From the IMG/VR virus record IMGVR_UViG_3300035241_000016, positions 64,001 through 83,463 of that record: 19,463 nucleotides of DNA. One strand, 5' to 3'. The position numbers and the translations under genes were made by a program. This DNA is from a virus. Taxonomy: Duplodnaviria > Heunggongvirae > Uroviricota > Caudoviricetes. Positions within the stretch are counted from its first letter, which is position 1; every line of letters begins with the position of its first letter. Below the pieces are notes generated by a model that saw only the letters and a program-made list of their open reading frames with translations, was not told where the DNA came from and ran no database searches. Of this stretch, positions 7,263 through 14,757 are shown one piece after another.

Positions 7263-7271
7263 AGTCTAGCA
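7263..7271 (-). promoter_or_regulatory. Candidate extended -10 promoter (TGCTAGACT) for the HTH gene
   Basis: Matches TGnTAnnnT, 9 nt upstream of the GTG at 7253 (near-leaderless); no good -35. Confidence 0.45.
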
Positions 7272-7275
7272 CAAG

Positions 7276-7330
7276 ATGTTACATGGGGTTGACATGCTCG
7301 TTACTTTGATGTAAGCTGCATGTAACAACA
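7276..7330. repeat. Five phased 11-bp degenerate repeats (consensus ATGTWACATGC), with a perfect 9-bp inverted repeat TGTTACATG/CATGTAACA; probable operator array
   Basis: Units: ATGTTACATGG, GGTTGACATGC, TCGTTACTTTG, ATGTAAGCTGC, ATGTAACAACA at 7276, 7287, 7298, 7309, 7320; inverted repeat at 7277-7285 and 7319-7327. Confidence 0.7.
7289..7317 (+). promoter_or_regulatory. Sigma70-type promoter TTGACA-N17-TAAGCT driving the DUF2958 operon
   Basis: Perfect -35 at 7289-7294, 17-nt spacer, TAnnnT -10 at 7312-7317, in the AT-richest intergenic stretch of the window. Confidence 0.8.
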
Positions 7331-7347
7331 TGAGCGTGAGGAGCCCG

Positions 7348-7641
7348 ATGCAACTACTGACCGCCGACGACATCACTCGCCTGCCGGCGCTGTACTCCCA
7401 GGAAACCGAGCCCGACCCAATGGTGCCGGTGAAGTTCTTCACGCCTGACTCTTGCTGGACCTGGTACGCCACAGAGTTCGACGGCGAAGACACCTTCTTC
7501 GGCTACGTCGACGGCCAGTTCGCAGAGCTCGGCTACTTCAGCCTGAGTGAGCTGGCCAGCGCCCGTGGGCCGCTGGGGCTGCCGATCGAACGCGACCTGC
7601 ACTGGAATCCCACGACCCGGCTCTCCACGGTGATGGCATGA
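7348..7641 (+). CDS. DUF2958 family protein (97 aa)
   Basis: 'LPALYSQE...VPVKFFTPDSCWTWYATEFDGEDTFFGYV.G...ELGYFSLSEL...RGPLGLPIERDLHW' is the DUF2958 signature; SD GAGGAG at 7338-7343 favours ATG 7348 over 7330. Confidence 0.9.
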   Translation: MQLLTADDITRLPALYSQETEPDPMVPVKFFTPDSCWTWYATEFDGEDTFFGYVDGQFAELGYFSLSELASARGPLGLPIERDLHWNPTTRLSTVMA

Positions 7642-7832
7642 GCCGAGAGGAAGCCGAGCGCCTCCAGCGCCGCTTCGCCGAACTCAATCGCGAGCGAGCG
7701 GTGGAGGACTGCCAGCACCTTATCCCCTGCCGAACGCACGACGACCACGAGCGGCTTGTCCGCTACGAGCAGCGCCACGCGCGAGGAGGCGCACCACTCA
7801 GCAAAGGAGGTTCCCGTCCAGTCAGCGATTAA
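7638..7832 (+). CDS. Small hypothetical protein with helical N-terminus and C-x-H-x2-x-C-x2-H-x2-H cluster (64 aa)
   Basis: ATGA overlap with the DUF2958 stop; 'CQHLIPCRTHDDH' motif. Confidence 0.6.
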   Translation: MSREEAERLQRRFAELNRERAVEDCQHLIPCRTHDDHERLVRYEQRHARGGAPLSKGGSRPVSD

Positions 7833-7890
7833 CCGCTGAGGCAGCCAAGCAGGGTGCGTCACCACCCGGCCGGCGATCAATGCCTCAGCG
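7822..7890 (+). other. Competing inverted repeats (putative RNA structure) upstream of the SWIM gene
   Basis: CGCTGAGGCA (7834-7843) pairs perfectly with TGCCTCAGCG (7881-7890) and encloses GGGTG-N6-CACCC (7852-7867); TCAGCG (7822-7827) can alternatively pair with CGCTGA (7834-7839). Confidence 0.5.
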
Positions 7891-7909
7891 AGACACAGGA
7901 GGTCTCGCA

Positions 7910-8383
7910 ATGCCAACCCTAACAGCGCCCCGACGGCACGCTGACGTTCACCTGGTCGCGCAGCGCAGCCTCACCCGCGCGAGCGTCCAGCATGTTCAGG
8001 TCCGGTTCGTCGAGCCCGGCCTGTACCGCTCCCATTCGAAGAGCGGCCCCGGCTGGTATGGCGTCACGGCCACCAGGTTCGGCCGCGACATCATCATTAG
8101 GTGCTCCTGCAAGGGCGGGATCTACTTTCGCGACGAGCTCGGGTCGAGCGCCTGTAAGCACGCTGTCGGCCTGGCGAAGCGGCTCGTCCGGCGACGGGAT
8201 GAGGTCAAGCTGCTGAGTCAGGCCGCGGGCGAGGAATACAACGCCTGGCTTGATGGTCAGCGCGACGCCATGATCGCTGAGGACGGGCTGCAGCCAGCTG
8301 CAGATCACCGGCCTGAGCGTGGCCGATCGGTCTCTATCTGCCGACGACGTTCCGAGATCGGGGCGGGCGCCTTATCCCGATGA
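7910..8383 (+). CDS. SWIM-type zinc finger protein (157 aa)
   Basis: 'SHSKSGPGWYGVT...IRCSCKG...ACKHAVG' is the CxC...CxH SWIM pattern with its preceding beta-hairpin; SD AGGAGG at 7897-7902 before ATG 7910. Confidence 0.85.
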   Translation: MPTLTAPRRHADVHLVAQRSLTRASVQHVQVRFVEPGLYRSHSKSGPGWYGVTATRFGRDIIIRCSCKGGIYFRDELGSSACKHAVGLAKRLVRRRDEVKLLSQAAGEEYNAWLDGQRDAMIAEDGLQPAADHRPERGRSVSICRRRSEIGAGALSR

Positions 8384-8426
8384 CACGGGCTCGACCTGCC
8401 TGCATGGGCGCCCTACACGGACTGAG

Positions 8427-11400
8427 CTACTTGCCCAGGAAGAGCCCCATCGGCCCCGCGTTCGCCGCATCCTTCTTCTCGATGGCCGATTGGATGCGGC
8501 TGGTCCTGGTCGCATCTGAGTGGGCTGGGTTGACCGCCATAGCAGAGGAGTAGAGCGACCCAATCTTCATCATGTCCGGATTCGGTTGCAATTTCGCGGC
8601 CGCGTCTTTGTTCCCTGCGCGCACTGCCGCCTGCCAGAGTCGATAGGCCGCGACGGCTTTGCTGATCTCCTGCTCACGCTCTGGATCGGTAACGAACCTG
8701 CCGTATTTCTGGGCATCCTCTTTGGCCAAGGCTCTGAACTTCGGCGGGAGCGCGGTGTGGCCGAAGTTCTCCTTCTCCTCTATGCCGGCCAGGTTCATGG
8801 CGAGCGCCTGGCCCAGCGGCAGGTGGCCGATGCCAGGGATGTACGGCATCTTATCCATAACCATCTCGCGCGGCGTGATGGCCTGGCTCGACCCCAGATA
8901 GGGGTGCAGCTTGCGATCGTACAGACTAGCCAGCAAGTTGGCGTCTTCAAGGATTCCGCCCGATACTCGCGCGGTTCCGAAGCGCACCAGGCTGCTCCCG
9001 AGCTGGGCGGCTCGCTCGCCCGGTGACAGGTCCTTCTCCTGACCCCGCATCAGCGCGTGCGGAATGGCGTGCACTTCCTCGAAGTTCCGGTTGGCGAGGT
9101 AAATCGGACGGCCTTCCGGGTCGCGCTGGCCGGAGTCGATATCCAACGCATGGCCGCTTTTGATTTGCTCGGCCGTGGGCAGGAAGTGGCCCGCGAGGAC
9201 CTGTTGCAGTGCCCCGGTCTCGATCATGTAGCCGGCTACCTTGGTCGCCTCCGCCCGCCGCACGGTGTTGATCACCATGCGCTGCTCCTCCGGGGTCAAG
9301 CCCTTCAGGTAGGCGCCCTTGTCGCCCAGACCTGGCAGTGCCGTCTTGACGAGCGTGATACGGCTCGTCGACCAGCTCGACGTGCTGGCGACATGTGACC
9401 TGACCCAGTTGGTGATAGGCCCGAAATCCGCATTCGCCAGCTGGCCGGACAGGAGATTGGCGACCTTCGCCGCGGCCTCGCCACTCATGCCCTTCGCCTT
9501 GAGCCCGCTGTACACCGCCATCTGCATATCCTGGGCGAAGGTCGCCATCGTCAGGCGGTGATTCCAATCCGACAGCCGGCCCAACGTGGCATCCAGAACG
9601 GCGTGCCCGGTCTTCAGGATGGGGATGTCGGTGCTCTCCTCCAAGGCCTGCGCCAGCTTCCCCGCCACCTCCCGGCCGGTGGAGAAGTGCAGCCCATCGC
9701 GTGCCGCGTCCATGCGCGCCGATGCGCTGGCGGTCATGGCCTTCATGTCCGCGAGGCCGCCGATGGTGGCGTCCGGGAGCGAAAGCGCCTCATGGACCAG
9801 CCGGCTGATGTGGACAAACGGGTTCATGGTGAATATCTGCATGAACAGGGTCTTGGGCTTGTCGAACGCTGCGGTTAGGACGGCTGCCACCTTCGGATGG
9901 TCCTGGGCCACCCCCCAACCAACGTCGCGTCCGCTGTAGCGCAGGATGGCGTCCTTGGCTTCTGGTGTCGCCCAGACAGCGGAATCCGCTTCGCCCGTGA
10001 GCGCCCGCGCCAACCCACGCGACACGTTCGGCACCTGGACGAGTCCCGGCGCCTTGCTACTGGAAACAGCCACCTCGCCGGCATCACTAACTAACTTCTT
10101 GAGGCGCTGGGCGAACTGCAGATCGTTCATAGGCGTCATCGCGGAGCTGACGTACTTGGCGGCGATCACTCCCGGATCCGTCACGACCGACACGCCCTTC
10201 AGGCCGCGCTCCTGGATGAACTGCTGCAGCTCCTTGGGGCTGATAACGGTAGGCCGGCTGCCTGTGGTCATCTCGTGCCAATCCTGGATGTCCCGCAGGA
10301 GCTTGGCCGAGGGAACGCCTCCGGGCCCGCGCACATCCTCAGCGGCGTTCTTGCTCACCTTCAGCAGCGCGGGGATCGCGTCCTCATTGATCCCCTGCAT
10401 GGTCGTCCGCAGCTCACCCAAACCGCCGGCCGAAAACCGCTCGGCGATGTTGTTGACCACCTGCCGCACTGCGTCCACCTTGTTCGCCGCAGCGAATGCC
10501 GCGTCCGAGGCACCTCGAGCACTGCGGCCGGCCAGGATCTCGCCAGCATCCGCAGCGTCCTTCGCCGACACCCCGGCCAGGCTTTCGAGGATCCCGCCCT
10601 GGGCCTCCCGGAGGGATTCCTTCGAGGCAGCCGCTTTGAGTGCCAGCCGGCTGGGGTCGGTGATGTCCTCGTAGCGGGTCAGGTAGTTGTCCTGCAGGTT
10701 CTTCAGGACGTCGTCGAGCTTGCCATCACCGGTGCTGGGGCGGCCGATGCCAATGTCCGATGGAGCCGCCGTCCCCGGGCCCATCGACGAACCTACAGGC
10801 TCAGGCGCAATGTCCGGCTTTACACCTGGTGTAATGACAGCAGATTCGCTAGTAGGTCCAAATGCAACGCCGCGACGCGCCAATTCCTTGCGAGCTGCTG
10901 CCGTTACTATGGCGTCTCTTGACAGTTCATCTACTGGCCGTCCCGCAATCTCCCTAAGCACGCTTTCGTCGACCTGTTCAAATGCTTCTGGCGGAAAAAA
11001 TAGATCCCGCTCGACCTCCCTTCGCGCAGCATTCCATACAGCCTCGACTTGGGCCGGGCTGGCTGCTTTGCGCGTGGTTTCGGTTGCCTGCTGAGCAGGC
11101 GACGCACCTACCGGCTCAGGCTCGAGGGCTGGGGCTTTCGTCGTCTTCCACTTGTCCACGACGTCACGCAGCGCTTGCTGACGTGCTGCAGGGTCGGTGA
11201 TGTCCGCTGCTCGTTGCGCCTCGGAAAGCACCAGGTCAAACGTTGGGCGGTCAAGCCCTGGACCAATGCGCTGGGCTACTTGGAGTAACGCGTCTTCAGC
11301 CCCCGCACTCTTCGTGCTACCTCGCAAGTAACTGTCGTACAGGCTTCGGTGTAGGTTTTCGGCGATAGCGTTCCCCATTTCGCCCACACGACTAAGGTCA

Positions 11401-14400
11401 CCTGAATCGACAGGCGCCACTCCCGCCGCCGGCGCCTCGGCCGCGCGTGCACCGGCCCCCTCCATGACGTCCCCGACGCGCTGCGCGACGGATGGCGCGC
11501 CCTGCATCTTGGCCTCAACCGCCGCCTTCCAGGCCAACTGCTGGTCCTCAGGCAGGCTCGCGACCATGCGCTGAATCACCCGCAGCTGGCTCTCATTCGT
11601 GGCGAGAACCGCCCTGGAGGCGAGGCGTTGGACGGTGTCCTCAGCCAGTTGCGCAGCGGCCTCTGCTGGTGCCTGGCCGAGCGCTGCGGCCAGTTTGGCG
11701 CCGACCTCCGGCGCGCCTGCCGTGGCAGCCGCTTTGGTGGCGGCTTGCGTCGCCTCTGCCGCTACCTCCCTCGCGGCTACACCAGGCAGGCCGGAGGCCG
11801 CTTCTTCAGCCGCTCGACCTGTCGCGGCCGCCCGGGCAGCGCCAGCAGCCGCACCTGGAAATATGAATGCCCGTGGATCGGTTAGGGCGTTGATGGCTCC
11901 GCCGACAACCGGCAACTTCGAAATTTCGGACTCCGTGTAGGGCTTTCCTGACGTTGCTTCGGCCACGACTTCAGCGACCGAATGCGTCGGCGGGAGTTGC
12001 GCTGGCTTGGTAGCAAATGCGCCAAGGCCACCGAACTGGAATGGACCGCCAGCCGGATACCCCGTCACTGGAGAAAGACCAGCTTCCTCCATGTCCTTCC
12101 GATACTTTTCGTAGTCCTCTGGCGTCCACTGGACGGCGCCAGGACGCTCGCCACTCGAAAACACCTTTCCCAGAGCGTCGATGACGCCGCCGATGACCGG
12201 CACCTTGGACGGGCCTGACTCTGCACCGGACGACACCGTCGGATTGGGAATAGTTCCGTCTGGATTCAGGCCACGCGCGACGTTATCGGCACGGGAGACG
12301 GCCTCGAACGCGGCCAGGTTTTCGGGCGTCGGGTTGGCGAGGTATGCCTCGCCCGCCGCAATCACCGCACTCGACGTGCTACTCATGGTGGCTTGACCAG
12401 CGGCCGGAGGGTGAGATGGCATAGATGGCTGCAGCGGCACGCCAACATCAGGAGACGTAAAGCCGTGGGTCGCCGCCTCGTTGGCGTTGTAGGTCGCCTC
12501 CTGCTCTGATGTCGGTTGCGCGGCTGGCTGGATGTCAAAGTTTCCGGCGGCGTTCTTCGTGACCTGCCGGAAAGTGCCGAGCCCGCCGGGCGTGCGCTCG
12601 TTGTATTGGACCACCGGCTGAGCGGCGGCCGTAGCCGCGGCGATCGTGTCCTGGGTGTCAGCCCCTCCGATAGGCCGTGGCTGCTCTGCCTGGGCCTCCA
12701 GGGCGGAGAAGTCGGCCACTGACCCCGTAGGTGGCGCCGGTGGACCAAGCATGACTGGCGGCTCTGCTGCCTGGGTTGCCTGGGGCATAGCAGCGGGTGC
12801 CGGCAGACCAGGTGCGCTTGTAGGCTCCGTCGCTTGCGCGGGAGCAGGAGTTGGCTGCGGAGCTGGCGGTGGCGTGTTAGCCGTCGCCACAGTGGGCGGG
12901 TAGGTGTTCGCGATTACACGAGACAGCGGGTTGGTGTTGGCGATAGCCGGCGACCCACCCTTGGACGGATCCCACTTCGGCTGTGGGGTTGCTTGGCTCT
13001 CCAAGGCTGCGAAGTCAGCGACCGAACCCTGAGGCTGCGGCGGCTCAGCGCCAGCGGCTACCCCCTGGTCGGCAGTGTCAGTCGCCCTGAGGCCACCGTC
13101 GACGGCGCGGCTGAATGCGTCGTAGGAGTACGGGCGTGGCTCAGGGGTAGTGACTCCTAGAAGATTCATGGCATTTTGCACGGCCGCATCAGGCGCCACC
13201 ACTGATGTATCGTCGAGCTCCCCACCCATCTGCTGCTCAGGGGACGACGCTGAAGACTTACCCACACCTACCTGACGCTTGCTTAGGCTCGGCTCAGGGG
13301 TCAGTGGATGATCGACATATAGGGCACCGTTGACGCCATCGCCCACTTCATCGATCTGCTGCGGACTCATCCACGGCGTGCCGCCAAAGCGCGCAACCGC
13401 GACCCCACTGTTGCCGACATGGTACCGGTCAGTATTTGGGTCGTAGCCATCGACGACGAAGTAATGGCGATTGGTGGATACAGCAACCGGGTTCCCATTC
13501 AGCGCATCATGCCGAATGTTCGTCCAGTTCGGAGCCTCCTCCATCTGGTTCGGCACGCCCATCTTGTCGAGCAGTGCCTTCTGGTTATCGATGCCATTCA
13601 TGCCGCCCTTCGGCGTCCAGCCCACCTGCTTGGCGATCTGAAGCGCTTCGCGCAGGCTCGGGTTCCGGCCATTCGCTCGAGCGAAGGCCACAGCCGCGGC
13701 GGGCCCGCAGGCGGCGTTGGCCTCAGCCGCATTCAACCCCTCACCAGCGTCGTACTGGAACGGCACTAGGCCGTTCCAGTCGACCCCTGCGGTTGGAACG
13801 GCTGGCGACACCGCCTGCTCGCCACCCATCTGGCCCTGGTCTTCGGTGGTACTCGGTCCTTGAGCCAGTGGATGGTCGATGAACAGCGCGCCATTCACGC
13901 CACGGCCCAGGCGGGCGATGTCATCGGCCGTCATCCATTCGGAGCCGCCACGGAGCGCGGTCCCGCTCTTCCCGACGTGGTACTGCCCGCTCGCGGTGTC
14001 ATAGCCGTCAGCAACGAAGTAGTGCTGCGGCGTCGATATTGTGACCGGCTTCCCGGACCCAGCGTCCGCAGCGATCGCTCCCCAATCGGGGGCCGTCTCC
14101 AGGCGCGAGGGCACGCCTAGTCTGTCCAGCAGCAGCTTTTGGCTTGCCGGGCCTGCCATACCGGCCTGCGGCGTCCAGCCCACCTTCTTGGCTAGGTCCG
14201 TCGCCTCGCGCAGAGTCGGGTTGCGGCCGTTGGCTCGGGCGAATGCCACTGCAGCGGCCGGCCCGCACGCCGCGTATGCCTCATCTGCGCTCAACCTGGC
14301 GTCGCCGTACTGGTCCGGCACCAGGCCGTCATCCGCGGTGCCGCCCGATCGTCGTTGCGTGGCGCCCTGCCCTGAGCTACCGCCGACTGGCGCTCCGGCA

Positions 14401-14747
14401 ACGACCGGCTGTTGGCCTGCCTTCGTCAGCCGCTCCTGGAGCTGCTTGGAGAACCCCTCGAAACTGAACGGAGACACCTCGTCCGACATCGGCATAAGCC
14501 CTGATGTCGAGAGGGCGTCGTTTGGTTCCGACGTCGCCGCCGATGTGGTTGCGTCCTTCAACGCGCTGTCCACACTGTCACTGAACGACCGATACAGCGC
14601 CTGCTGCTGGACGTCGGCTACGCCAGCATTGATCCCGCTATCCAGAGCGCGGTAGGCGTCGCTGTTCTCCTGCTGCTTGAGCTGCGTCTGACGTGCGGCG
14701 TCAGCCTGCAGGTCGCTGTTCGGAACGATGCTGAGCAGCTTGGGCAT
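8427..14747 (-). CDS. Giant internal virion/ejection protein (2106 aa) with two N-terminal C39-like papain-fold peptidase domains, a Pro/Ala-rich linker and a helical C-terminal core
   Basis: Uninterrupted 6.3 kb ORF, last and largest of three coupled Ala/Gln-rich helical ORFs; two copies of Q...ACGPAA...HYFV.DGYD; C-terminal half resembles large podovirus ejection/polyvalent proteins (inference). Confidence 0.85.
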   Translation of the reverse strand: MPKLLSIVPNSDLQADAARQTQLKQQENSDAYRALDSGINAGVADVQQQALYRSFSDSVDSALKDATTSAATSEPNDALSTSGLMPMSDEVSPFSFEGFSKQLQERLTKAGQQPVVAGAPVGGSSGQGATQRRSGGTADDGLVPDQYGDARLSADEAYAACGPAAAVAFARANGRNPTLREATDLAKKVGWTPQAGMAGPASQKLLLDRLGVPSRLETAPDWGAIAADAGSGKPVTISTPQHYFVADGYDTASGQYHVGKSGTALRGGSEWMTADDIARLGRGVNGALFIDHPLAQGPSTTEDQGQMGGEQAVSPAVPTAGVDWNGLVPFQYDAGEGLNAAEANAACGPAAAVAFARANGRNPSLREALQIAKQVGWTPKGGMNGIDNQKALLDKMGVPNQMEEAPNWTNIRHDALNGNPVAVSTNRHYFVVDGYDPNTDRYHVGNSGVAVARFGGTPWMSPQQIDEVGDGVNGALYVDHPLTPEPSLSKRQVGVGKSSASSPEQQMGGELDDTSVVAPDAAVQNAMNLLGVTTPEPRPYSYDAFSRAVDGGLRATDTADQGVAAGAEPPQPQGSVADFAALESQATPQPKWDPSKGGSPAIANTNPLSRVIANTYPPTVATANTPPPAPQPTPAPAQATEPTSAPGLPAPAAMPQATQAAEPPVMLGPPAPPTGSVADFSALEAQAEQPRPIGGADTQDTIAAATAAAQPVVQYNERTPGGLGTFRQVTKNAAGNFDIQPAAQPTSEQEATYNANEAATHGFTSPDVGVPLQPSMPSHPPAAGQATMSSTSSAVIAAGEAYLANPTPENLAAFEAVSRADNVARGLNPDGTIPNPTVSSGAESGPSKVPVIGGVIDALGKVFSSGERPGAVQWTPEDYEKYRKDMEEAGLSPVTGYPAGGPFQFGGLGAFATKPAQLPPTHSVAEVVAEATSGKPYTESEISKLPVVGGAINALTDPRAFIFPGAAAGAARAAATGRAAEEAASGLPGVAAREVAAEATQAATKAAATAGAPEVGAKLAAALGQAPAEAAAQLAEDTVQRLASRAVLATNESQLRVIQRMVASLPEDQQLAWKAAVEAKMQGAPSVAQRVGDVMEGAGARAAEAPAAGVAPVDSGDLSRVGEMGNAIAENLHRSLYDSYLRGSTKSAGAEDALLQVAQRIGPGLDRPTFDLVLSEAQRAADITDPAARQQALRDVVDKWKTTKAPALEPEPVGASPAQQATETTRKAASPAQVEAVWNAARREVERDLFFPPEAFEQVDESVLREIAGRPVDELSRDAIVTAAARKELARRGVAFGPTSESAVITPGVKPDIAPEPVGSSMGPGTAAPSDIGIGRPSTGDGKLDDVLKNLQDNYLTRYEDITDPSRLALKAAASKESLREAQGGILESLAGVSAKDAADAGEILAGRSARGASDAAFAAANKVDAVRQVVNNIAERFSAGGLGELRTTMQGINEDAIPALLKVSKNAAEDVRGPGGVPSAKLLRDIQDWHEMTTGSRPTVISPKELQQFIQERGLKGVSVVTDPGVIAAKYVSSAMTPMNDLQFAQRLKKLVSDAGEVAVSSSKAPGLVQVPNVSRGLARALTGEADSAVWATPEAKDAILRYSGRDVGWGVAQDHPKVAAVLTAAFDKPKTLFMQIFTMNPFVHISRLVHEALSLPDATIGGLADMKAMTASASARMDAARDGLHFSTGREVAGKLAQALEESTDIPILKTGHAVLDATLGRLSDWNHRLTMATFAQDMQMAVYSGLKAKGMSGEAAAKVANLLSGQLANADFGPITNWVRSHVASTSSWSTSRITLVKTALPGLGDKGAYLKGLTPEEQRMVINTVRRAEATKVAGYMIETGALQQVLAGHFLPTAEQIKSGHALDIDSGQRDPEGRPIYLANRNFEEVHAIPHALMRGQEKDLSPGERAAQLGSSLVRFGTARVSGGILEDANLLASLYDRKLHPYLGSSQAITPREMVMDKMPYIPGIGHLPLGQALAMNLAGIEEKENFGHTALPPKFRALAKEDAQKYGRFVTDPEREQEISKAVAAYRLWQAAVRAGNKDAAAKLQPNPDMMKIGSLYSSAMAVNPAHSDATRTSRIQSAIEKKDAANAGPMGLFLGK
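13293..14327 (-). repeat. Tandem intragenic duplication of a ~160-aa peptidase domain (aa 141-300 and 326-485)
   Basis: Colinear alignment throughout, with 19 identical residues AACGPAAAVAFARANGRNP; both copies are followed by a QMGGE motif. Confidence 0.93.
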
Positions 14748-14757
14748 AGCTCAGCCC

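Noticed and set aside
7803-7811. Perfect SD-like AAAGGAGGT
   Set aside because: No ATG/GTG/TTG at a usable distance; lies within the coding sequence of 7638..7832.
6396-8426. Direct repeats/att sites flanking the island (CCTGCA...CCTACA at both ends)
   Set aside because: Only 6-bp matches with different spacing, within chance; no integrase or transposase.
8319-8563. Short ORFs 8319..8519 (+) and 8372..8563 (-)
   Set aside because: Overlap the 3' ends of well-supported genes; no SD or motif.
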